Under the pieces are notes generated by a model that saw nothing but the letters and a program-made list of their open reading frames with translations, made no database searches and was not told the origin of the DNA. Positions 1 to 8,133 of a stretch of 64,000 nt of DNA are shown here, piece after piece. Within the stretch, counting starts at the first letter, position 1. The number at the start of each line of letters is the position of its first letter. Source of the DNA: Thermofilaceae archaeon (GTDB lineage: Archaea; Thermoproteota; Thermoprotei; Thermofilales; Thermofilaceae); assembly GCA_038727095.1 (NCBI GenBank), contig JAVYWK010000004.1, positions 23,802 to 87,801 of the forward strand, read 5' to 3'. Both the position numbers and the translations under genes were made by a program.

Positions 1-70
1 GATCGCCCTCCGACAGGAGCTTCATCCCCCTCTCGTAGTAGCCCCATGCGATCTCTAGGTGCTTCGACAA
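1..70 (-). CDS. 5' end of a PaREP1/HEPN-like protein (runs off the window edge)
   Basis: Minus-strand TTG at 70, preceded by GGGGT, reads MSKHLEIAWGYYERGMKLLSEGD. This resembles the 'YLELAEKYLxEAxELLxKGD' start of PaREP1/HEPN proteins. Only 23 codons are visible. Confidence 0.45.
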   Translation of the reverse strand, partial: MSKHLEIAWGYYERGMKLLSEGD

Positions 71-189
71 CGCCGTACCCCCGCTCTGGGTGGAAACCTC
101 TGAACTCTTCGCCCGACGCCTCACCGGCGATCTGAACTTAATAGCAAACATTGGAATCTACCGAGGTATCATACACCGGGGGTACTTAA

Positions 190-207
190 CCACTGTGGCC
201 ACAGTGG
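190..207. promoter_or_regulatory. Perfect 18-bp palindrome, possible operator
   Basis: CCACTGTGGCCACAGTGG is its own reverse complement and lies between divergent genes. Confidence 0.4.
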
Positions 208-425
208 ACACTTAAAGCGTAACGTATGAATCGATTTGAAAAAACGCTGCGTCATCACGAGTTACGTTGACACCATTATGCCTCCCAACGATTTCGATCG
301 AACTCCCAATACCGGCTCAAAGGAAGCCGGCGTTCTTCGAAGCCAGGTGCGACGGCTTTCAGGGAAGGGACGCGCTAAACCGGGAAAGCGCTAGAGATTT
401 TACCCTCTATGTTTCATAAACTACC

Positions 426-788
426 GTGGCAGCCTGGACTCTCACCGGCTCGCTCGAGAACTGGCGGGTAGCGCTGGAGAAGGGCGTCTGGGGCGTGAGC
501 GAGAAGGCGAAGGGGCTGTGGGGTAAAGTGCAGCCCGGCGACAGAGTCGTATTCTACGCGGTGAAGACAGGCGTCATCGGCTACGGCGCCGTAGAAGGCA
601 AGTTCGTCAGCGAGGAGCCACTATGGCCCAGGGAGCAGCAGGAAGGCAAAACCCTCTGGCCCTACCGGCTCAAAATCCGAATTGAGAGGATCTTCGAAAA
701 CCCGAAACCCAGGCCCAAAGGCATGCTCGTCGCCTTCGCCATCAACAAGCTCAGCGAAGAACTCTTCAGAGAACTCGCGGAAAGCTAG
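426..788 (+). CDS. EVE domain protein (PUA-like reader of modified bases)
   Basis: Pattern 'ENWRVALEKGVWGV...KVQPGDRVVFY...GYGAV...EPLWP...WPYRLKI' is typical of EVE; 120 aa; lies ahead of a DNA methylase locus. Confidence 0.85.
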   Translation: MAAWTLTGSLENWRVALEKGVWGVSEKAKGLWGKVQPGDRVVFYAVKTGVIGYGAVEGKFVSEEPLWPREQQEGKTLWPYRLKIRIERIFENPKPRPKGMLVAFAINKLSEELFRELAES

Positions 789-926
789 CTACTGCAGCCC
801 CCAGACCGATCCCCAGCCCGAGCCCCGCCCTAGACGGCCGCGATAAAGAAAGCCTGCCAGCACTTCTTCTAGTACTTTCAATGAACTATAAGAGTGCCTC
901 AAATATGGAAAAGAGCTTTATCAGCC

Positions 927-1383
927 ATGCCAACTACGTATACGCGGCAGTTAGACCAGCTGATTGCCTCGTTCCTAGAGGGCCTCATCGCCCCCTACGC
1001 TGAGCTAGCCTCAAGCACGCTCTTCCTAGCGCTGAATGAAGTGCTTAGAAGCATATCAACCCTCTCGCCAATCGACGCCTCGCGCGACGTGTGGCTAAGC
1101 ACAGTTTTCCTAACCAATGTCGTCCTAGCGTTCACGATCCTCGATCTACTCAGGAACATCGCCTCCGGATTAATATACCCGGGTAGCGCGATCGCGGAAG
1201 CCATAGGAGCAGCAGTCTCGCTGCTCCTCTTAGCTAATGCCGCACCCCCCAATCCAACCTACAGCCATGGTGCTCACAGAGATCCTCCGAGACACCTACC
1301 GCTCAATCGCGCTCACCATCGAGACCCTTCTGCTCGGACCCTTAATCAGGTACACGGTGTCCAATCTTGTGGCAATGTGGTAA
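927..1383 (+). pseudogene. Small multi-pass membrane protein, frameshifted at a C6 tract
   Basis: Hydrophobic helices run up to LLLANAAP. Removing one C from the C6 run (1245-1250) continues as IQPTAMVLTEILRDTYRSIALTIETLLLGPLIRYTVSNLVAMW*. The tail given in the ORF track looks out of frame. Confidence 0.55.
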
Positions 1384-1629
1384 ATCCGAGAGGACTCTGG
1401 AGCTCTCGTCTACCTCGAATCGAGTTTCCTTTGATTGATCAAATTTTTATATGTACACATCAAGGATTAAGAATGATAGAAATATGGTTCCTGTAAAGTG
1501 GTCTTGTACATATGATGTCTATAAGGATGGTCGTTCTAAACGATGCGCACGACTCACGAACCTCCCGGATGTAGGGACTCTAGCTCAGGGGGAACAGAAT
1601 CCTCCGCGAGCAGTATAGGGTGAAGCATC

Positions 1630-4611
1630 ATGGAGCGTTACCTTGACAACTTGCCAACCACCTCGGAAATGGGGGAGGAGCGCTTCATAGAGTCCGAGAA
1701 ATTCCCCTTCTGGGAGATAAGCGAAGCCGCCGCCGTCGAAAAGGGGCCAGGTAGACCGCCCCACTGGGAAATGGTCTTCTGGTGGACTCGCAAACCGCTC
1801 ATCTCGGCTAGAGCCATCATCGCGGGCTGCCTACTCCCCAAGGATACGAATCCCAAAGCCTTCCTGAGGAACATCGGAATAGGCGGCAAAAAGAAAGCCG
1901 CTCATTACAACCCGCCCTTCTACAGGTTCCCAGGCGTCAAACTGCTCGACCCCTTCGCAGGCTTCGGCTCAATCCCCCTAGAAGCGACGCGCCTCGGCCT
2001 AGAAGCAACAGCGGTTGAGCTCCTTCCGACAGCCTACGTGTTCCTCAAAGCTGTGCTAGAGTACCCGGCGAAGTACGGTAGAAAGCTCGTAGAAGACGTG
2101 GAGAAGTGGGGGCAGTGGGTCATCGAGCAGCTCAAAAACGACCCGCTCATAAAGGAGCTCTACGATGAAGACGTAGCCGTCTACATCGGCTCCTGGGAGA
2201 TCAAGTGCCCCCACTGCGGGCGCTGGACTCCGCTCGTCGGGAACTGGTGGCTCGCGAGAGTAAAAGGCGATAAGGGCTACAAGAGGCTCGCGTGGATGGA
2301 GCCCGCCGTAGAGGACAGCGAAGTCAGGATCCGGGTCGTCGACTTGAACAGGATTCTGGGTGACAGAGCTGTAAGCAGCGCGCAAGTCTCCCGAACGAGA
2401 GTCGTAGCCGGAGGCAGGGAATTCAGAGTCCCAGAGGCTAACATCGAAGCGCGGCGCGAGAGAGCCACCTGCCTGCTCTGCCACCAGCCGATAATACAGG
2501 TGGATCCTCAGACCGGAAAGCACTACACCGATGCGAAGAATCTACCGAAAGAGGTTAGGGAAAGGCTCGAGGGCTACGTGAAATACGCCATAAAAACCTA
2601 CAACCAAAGCCTAGAGCAGGAGGACATAACGCCTCTCGCAAGGCAGAGGCTGCTCGTAAAAGTGAAGGTGAAAGACGGCGATTTAGAGTTCGAACCATGC
2701 GTGGAAAAAGACCAAGAGAAGCTTGAGCTGGCAAGAAGAGAAGTGAAGAAAATGCTGCAGGAAGGCGACCCGGATATTCCGGTTGAATTAACGGAACCAT
2801 ATTGTTCTTCAACATATCATACTATAGTTTGGGGGATTGACAAATTCTATAAGTTGTTTAATCCGCGCCAGCTTCTAACGCTAGTCAAGCTAGTCAAACT
2901 GATACGCGAGACGGGAAAGAAAATCGAAGAAGAAAAACAAGAGAAGGGACTAAATAAGAAAGAGACTCTTGAGTACGTGGAGGCAGTATTGGCATACCTA
3001 GCAATAGTACTAACAAGATATGTGGATTATAATTCGTTGTGCACTGTTTGGAATTACGGTGGTCGGCTACCCGCTCAAGTTGCCCATACGTTGTCGATGA
3101 GGGGAATAGCTATGATGTGGAATTGGGGCGATGTTTCTCCGTTCATAAAGATGAGCGGAACTGGCACATTTTCATCAAATATAGATAAGGCAGTTAAGAT
3201 GTTGTCTTACCTAGTCTCTAAGACTGACGACAATAATGGTTTAAGAAATATTGCAATTGTACTCGATGACGCTACAATTCTTAATAAACTCAATTTAAAT
3301 GAGCAAGCAGACCTAATTGTTACTGATCCGCCATATTATGACGATGTTCCTTACGCCGAGCTTAGCGATTTCTATTATGTTTGGCTTAAGAGGACTCTGA
3401 GCGACGTTAAAAATGGCAGGCTTGTGCCGCGTTTTCTGCCTGAGGCGTTTTTTGAGAGGGTTGGCGACAGCTGGGTTGAAGTTTCGACGCAGTGGGAGAA
3501 GTATGCGTTGAGCGAGGTTAGCCTTAATCCGCCGAGGCTTGGGCCTCATGCTACATACGAGGATGGTGTTAGGCACTTCCAAAGCTTGCTGAGCGCCTCG
3601 TTTGTTACCATGGCTTCCAGGCTTGTAGATGGTGGGTTGCTCGTCACATACTACGCGCACACGGATCCAAATGCATGGAAGGCGCTGCTTAAGGCTGGGT
3701 GGGAGGCGGCCGGCTTAAGAATTACGAACGCTTTTCCGATAACTACGGAGTCCGCTCAGAGTGTTGTTAAACGGGGTAAGCTTTCGATGGATACGAGCAT
3801 AGTTGTTGTCTGGCGTAAGGGCGTGTCGGGTTCGATAGATGCGTCTAAGCTTTACGAGGAGATGGTTGAGAAGGCTGCTGAGAGGGCTTCCCGCCTTATT
3901 GAGCTGGGTGTTACTGGGAGGGATCTCTTCATTAACACGTTGGCGGCTGCCTTAGCGGCTGCGACTCGTTACCGTGAGGTTATCTCGCTCGGCAGGCTCA
4001 GCGTTGACGAGCTGGTTGATAAGTATGTTTACCCTGCAGCTACTGTCGGGCTCGCCAGGGCTATCGCTGGTAGGAGTGAGGTTAAGGAGAGTGTTAGGAG
4101 CCCCGATGCGATGTTCTACATGCTGGTCAAGTGCTTGATGGCTGGTGCGAAGAGAAAAATCCTCGAGAGCACGGACCTCAGGCTTCTCTCTCTAGGGACT
4201 TCGCTCGACGTTAATGCGGCTATAAAGGACTGGCGTCTGCTAAAGGAGGAGAAGGGTGGGGAGGAGGCTGGCGCCAAAGTGGCTAAGGCGAAGAGGTTAG
4301 TCCTTCTCGAGCCGCAGTCGGCGGAGAAGGCTAAGGTGGCTGAGCTGCTCGAGGTTAGGGGTGTTGGGGTTTCCGAGCAACCTAGGATAAGGTGTACCGT
4401 CGATGTCCTTCACTTGCTCGAGTACTACGCGGTTGCGTATTCGGCGGCTGAGTTTGAGCGTAGGCTCGAGAAGCTGCGCGAAAACTATCCTGCTCAGGTC
4501 AACGAAGCGCTATCTCTAGCTAGGATATTCGTTAGGGTTCTTCCTGAGAGCGATCCGGAGAGGAAGCTGTGCGAGAGGATCCTTACACCGTCCCTTCTAC
4601 CTTTAGGGTGA
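1630..4611 (+). CDS. DUF1156-family adenine-specific DNA methyltransferase with Zn ribbon
   Basis: 'FWWTRKPL' N-terminal motif, SAM-binding 'LDPFAGFGSIPLEA', CPHCG and CLLC Zn ligands, 'LFNPRQLL', catalytic 'TDPPYYD', 'YAELSDFYYVW'. Confidence 0.93.
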   Translation: MERYLDNLPTTSEMGEERFIESEKFPFWEISEAAAVEKGPGRPPHWEMVFWWTRKPLISARAIIAGCLLPKDTNPKAFLRNIGIGGKKKAAHYNPPFYRFPGVKLLDPFAGFGSIPLEATRLGLEATAVELLPTAYVFLKAVLEYPAKYGRKLVEDVEKWGQWVIEQLKNDPLIKELYDEDVAVYIGSWEIKCPHCGRWTPLVGNWWLARVKGDKGYKRLAWMEPAVEDSEVRIRVVDLNRILGDRAVSSAQVSRTRVVAGGREFRVPEANIEARRERATCLLCHQPIIQVDPQTGKHYTDAKNLPKEVRERLEGYVKYAIKTYNQSLEQEDITPLARQRLLVKVKVKDGDLEFEPCVEKDQEKLELARREVKKMLQEGDPDIPVELTEPYCSSTYHTIVWGIDKFYKLFNPRQLLTLVKLVKLIRETGKKIEEEKQEKGLNKKETLEYVEAVLAYLAIVLTRYVDYNSLCTVWNYGGRLPAQVAHTLSMRGIAMMWNWGDVSPFIKMSGTGTFSSNIDKAVKMLSYLVSKTDDNNGLRNIAIVLDDATILNKLNLNEQADLIVTDPPYYDDVPYAELSDFYYVWLKRTLSDVKNGRLVPRFLPEAFFERVGDSWVEVSTQWEKYALSEVSLNPPRLGPHATYEDGVRHFQSLLSASFVTMASRLVDGGLLVTYYAHTDPNAWKALLKAGWEAAGLRITNAFPITTESAQSVVKRGKLSMDTSIVVVWRKGVSGSIDASKLYEEMVEKAAERASRLIELGVTGRDLFINTLAAALAAATRYREVISLGRLSVDELVDKYVYPAATVGLARAIAGRSEVKESVRSPDAMFYMLVKCLMAGAKRKILESTDLRLLSLGTSLDVNAAIKDWRLLKEEKGGEEAGAKVAKAKRLVLLEPQSAEKAKVAELLEVRGVGVSEQPRIRCTVDVLHLLEYYAVAYSAAEFERRLEKLRENYPAQVNEALSLARIFVRVLPESDPERKLCERILTPSLLPLG

Positions 4612-7600
4612 GGGGTGTGGGGATAGTTAGCCTGTATAGAAGCGGGAGGCTCAAGGTTTGGCAAGATGTCTTTAACAGGGCGTTGGACGATAAGGCAGCG
4701 CCGGATTTGGGAGACGTGGTTGAGGGTCGGGAGCCTCTGTACTCGAACCCGGACGAGTTTTTCGCTAGAACCTATATGACGAGGTCCTTGGAGAACTTGA
4801 TAAGGGAGGTTGCGGATGCCCTCGAGAACAGGGAGGGTGGATCGATCTTTCTGCTAACTTCGCTGTACGGTGGAGGGAAGACTCACGCGATGATCGCGCT
4901 GTACCACGCTTTCACCAGGCCCGAGTCGTTGATGAAAATCGATGATCGCCTGGCGGCAAGGGTTGCGAGTGTAAAGCCTCTGGTTGTGGCGATAGATGGC
5001 ACGAGAAAGAGCTTAGCCCCCACCCCTAGAGAACCTTACAGTGCTGGAGGTTTCACTATAAGGACTTTGTGGGGGATGCTCGCCTACAGGCTAGGGGCTT
5101 ACGCCCGGGTCATGGATCTGGACAAGCCCGAAGCTCATCCGCCTTTCGTGGACACTCTGATAGAGATTTTGAAGGAGCCGAAGAGGCCGGTTCTCATACT
5201 GATTGATGAGATAATGCCGCACATCTACACGGTTAGCAGAGCGGAGGAGCTGAAACGCTACGCTGAGAATATCATAATGTTCATGGGGTACTTGGCTAGG
5301 GCCGTTGAGAGGACTCCTAGAGTTGCGTTACTGGTTTCTCTTCAGCTGGAGCGGCGAGGCGACGAAATAGTTGAAGAGGAGATTTACGCTGGCTTGGCGG
5401 CGAGGCTTTACAACGAACTTCATAGGGAGACTACACGGGTGGTGACGCCGGTTACCCCAACCGATGTCGTCCAGATACTCAAGAAGAGGATCTTTCAAGA
5501 GATCCCGGAGGACGAAGCTAGTAGGGCTAGAGAACTCCTGTACTCGGCGTACAAGCAGTACCCGGAGCTCTTCGGCACCGAATCCGACTGGCAGTACTCG
5601 ATTGAGGAAGGGGGGAGGGTACTCTCGCCGAAGGATACATACCCCTTCCACCCCAAGTACATCGAGGTTATCCAGGAATTTATCTCGAGGAATAGAGACT
5701 TAAGGCGGACTAGAGACGCGATAAGGCTTACGAGGAAGGTTGTTAGAAGGATTCTGGGAGGTAGAGGGGATCCAACGTTCATAATGCCTTGGCACGTGGA
5801 CATAAGGGACCCGGATATAAGAAACCTTGTTTTAACAGAAAGCCGTAGGGAGTTTAGAGATGTTGCCTCGAGGGATATCGTGGATGAGGATGGAAGGCTC
5901 GGGGAGATAGCTGGGTGCAGTAGACCGGGGCTAGCTTACAGAGTGGCGGTATCAATCCTGCTTAAGGTTTACACGTATGAGACCTTCAAGATTCCGTTGA
6001 GGACTTTCCCAACCTTAAGGGATGTTGCACTCATGACCTATGATCCAGAGACGTTCTCTTCGGATGGTCTACAACCTCCAGATATAAAAACGACCTTAGA
6101 TGAGATGGTTACTCGTTTGAGTCATTTTAACTTCCAAGACGGAAGGTACTGGTTTGACCCGTATATTCCAATAACGGATTTGGTGGAGCGGAGAGCGAGC
6201 GAAATACTTACTGGTTCGCAGCTACCGCTTTATCGAGCGCTTGAAGGTTATGCAAGGAGGCTCTTGCTTAAACGGCCTAGGAGAGGTGAGCGTTCCGAGT
6301 GGAAGCCGTTTCTCTTCGATGAAAGAAGGACGTACATAATCGGTTACGGGGACTTGGCCTACATGGAGGGGGAGATCGAGGATAGGCCGGAGCATTGCCT
6401 TGTCGTACTCGTTAAGCCAGAGGATAGTATATCAAAGGATGAAGTTGAAAATATAATTCTAAAGTACAGGGGAGGTTTGAGAAACTACAAAAATACGATC
6501 GCTGTGGTTCTTCCTAGACCTGGTGTCGACTTTGGGAGGCTACTTAGTCTTGCAGCGAAGATTGAGGCTGCGAGGAAGGTTGGTGAGGAGTTGAGGGAGT
6601 TTTTCAAGGGAGATGAGGAACTGTTGAGGATCAGGCGGGAGAAGCTGGAGCAGTATAGGGGAGAAGTGGAAGGTAACCTCACTAGAGAGTTGCTTTTCGC
6701 TTTAACGCGCGTTGCTTACCCGAAAATGGAGGATGGGCGCGATACGGTTCAATACGTTACGGGGACTCCTCTTGAGGCGATTATAGAGCAAGTCGAGTCT
6801 GCGCTTGAGGATCCATCCACGGGACCTAAGCTGCGGAGGAGGATAAGCTTTGAGGATCTCACGACATTCCTGAACAGGCTGCTTCAATGGGATATCGTTA
6901 ACGGGGATAGGCCTATCGAGTTTGGGAGGATTCTCGAGGTCTTCTATGCCAGTACTGCTGCCCCCTTCACTAGGAGAGATGTTGTAGAGGGCGCGATTCT
7001 CGAGGGGCTTAGGAACCTAGCGATTGGAGTGAGGATGGGAGGTGAAGTGTACTGGAAGAGCTTGGGTGGGAAAGAGGCGAAACTGCCCGATCGTTTACGT
7101 GACGATGCGGAGATACTGCCGCTTAAGCTGGCGGCTCGAGATTTCGCTGAGAGGCTGTTATCTAAGGAGGGGCAATTCCCCGAGGAGGGTAAGCTTCGCG
7201 TGGTATGGTATGAAGTTGAGTACGGGGGTCAACGCTTCAGGCTCAGGGACCTTGTGGATCAGCCCGGGTGGGTTGAGATCCTTAAAGAGGGCGTGGTTTA
7301 CGAGAGAAGCGAGGTTATTGAGCGAGGGTTCGTGGTCAATGTCCAGCCGAGCTTAGTTGAAGTGGATGAAGGTAGGGCTGTTGAGGTAGAGGTTTCTGTA
7401 GAGCCCGTTGGTGGGTACGATTCAGAGGTTAAGCTTCGAGTGGACGAGGGTACGGTTACGCCGTCCTCGGGTAGGCCGCCGTTTACGGCGAAGTGGAGGA
7501 TCGGGCCGCTAGCGGCTGGTAGGCATGCGATCAGGGTTGTAGCGGAGGGCGATGGGTACAGCAGGGAAGGGATTCTCACGGTATCTGTTAGGAGTTTGGA

Positions 7601-7970
7601 GGAGGAGGTTATTGTCAAGAGGCTTGATTTTAGCCATGTTGAGGCAAAACTCGCTGAAATCTCCGTGAGGGATTTAATGTACGCTCAGATGGCTCTCAGT
7701 AGGATTGCCCAGTTCAACGCGAAGGCGAAAGTGGATCTATCCGTTAGGATCAGTGGCAGCATAGTATTGAACGGCTCCGATGTTGATGCTAAGCTTGCTG
7801 AGCTCGTTATCCAGAGAATATCCGATCTGTCGAGGCTCGCTCCCACAGAGGCAACGGTATCGATAAAGATTGTTGAGCCGCTAGTACTGCACGCAGGGGG
7901 GATAGCAGCGCTCAATGTTCTCGCTGATAAAGCCGACTTTAAGCTAAGGATTAGGAGAGGCGCGAGCTAG
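4608..7970 (+). CDS. DUF499-family AAA+ ATPase with C-terminal Ig-like extension
   Basis: 'FFARTYMT', Walker A 'YGGGKTH', Walker B 'LILIDE', 'YPFHP', 'RTRDAIRL'. Start overlaps the methylase stop (GTGA at 4608-4611); exact start uncertain. Confidence 0.92.
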   Translation: MRGVGIVSLYRSGRLKVWQDVFNRALDDKAAPDLGDVVEGREPLYSNPDEFFARTYMTRSLENLIREVADALENREGGSIFLLTSLYGGGKTHAMIALYHAFTRPESLMKIDDRLAARVASVKPLVVAIDGTRKSLAPTPREPYSAGGFTIRTLWGMLAYRLGAYARVMDLDKPEAHPPFVDTLIEILKEPKRPVLILIDEIMPHIYTVSRAEELKRYAENIIMFMGYLARAVERTPRVALLVSLQLERRGDEIVEEEIYAGLAARLYNELHRETTRVVTPVTPTDVVQILKKRIFQEIPEDEASRARELLYSAYKQYPELFGTESDWQYSIEEGGRVLSPKDTYPFHPKYIEVIQEFISRNRDLRRTRDAIRLTRKVVRRILGGRGDPTFIMPWHVDIRDPDIRNLVLTESRREFRDVASRDIVDEDGRLGEIAGCSRPGLAYRVAVSILLKVYTYETFKIPLRTFPTLRDVALMTYDPETFSSDGLQPPDIKTTLDEMVTRLSHFNFQDGRYWFDPYIPITDLVERRASEILTGSQLPLYRALEGYARRLLLKRPRRGERSEWKPFLFDERRTYIIGYGDLAYMEGEIEDRPEHCLVVLVKPEDSISKDEVENIILKYRGGLRNYKNTIAVVLPRPGVDFGRLLSLAAKIEAARKVGEELREFFKGDEELLRIRREKLEQYRGEVEGNLTRELLFALTRVAYPKMEDGRDTVQYVTGTPLEAIIEQVESALEDPSTGPKLRRRISFEDLTTFLNRLLQWDIVNGDRPIEFGRILEVFYASTAAPFTRRDVVEGAILEGLRNLAIGVRMGGEVYWKSLGGKEAKLPDRLRDDAEILPLKLAARDFAERLLSKEGQFPEEGKLRVVWYEVEYGGQRFRLRDLVDQPGWVEILKEGVVYERSEVIERGFVVNVQPSLVEVDEGRAVEVEVSVEPVGGYDSEVKLRVDEGTVTPSSGRPPFTAKWRIGPLAAGRHAIRVVAEGDGYSREGILTVSVRSLEEEVIVKRLDFSHVEAKLAEISVRDLMYAQMALSRIAQFNAKAKVDLSVRISGSIVLNGSDVDAKLAELVIQRISDLSRLAPTEATVSIKIVEPLVLHAGGIAALNVLADKADFKLRIRRGAS

Positions 7971-8133
7971 GGCATAACCTACTTTCTAGTAGCGAGACTC
8001 CTCTGCTGCTTTATCTAGTCGTGTGTGGGCAGCTATATTAAATGGGAGGAGAACGGAGGTTGCGGTCGTGGTTGCCTAGCTCGAATGGGACCGTAAGCGT
8101 TTTTAAATATTAATTTAGAGTTGAGACGAGAGG

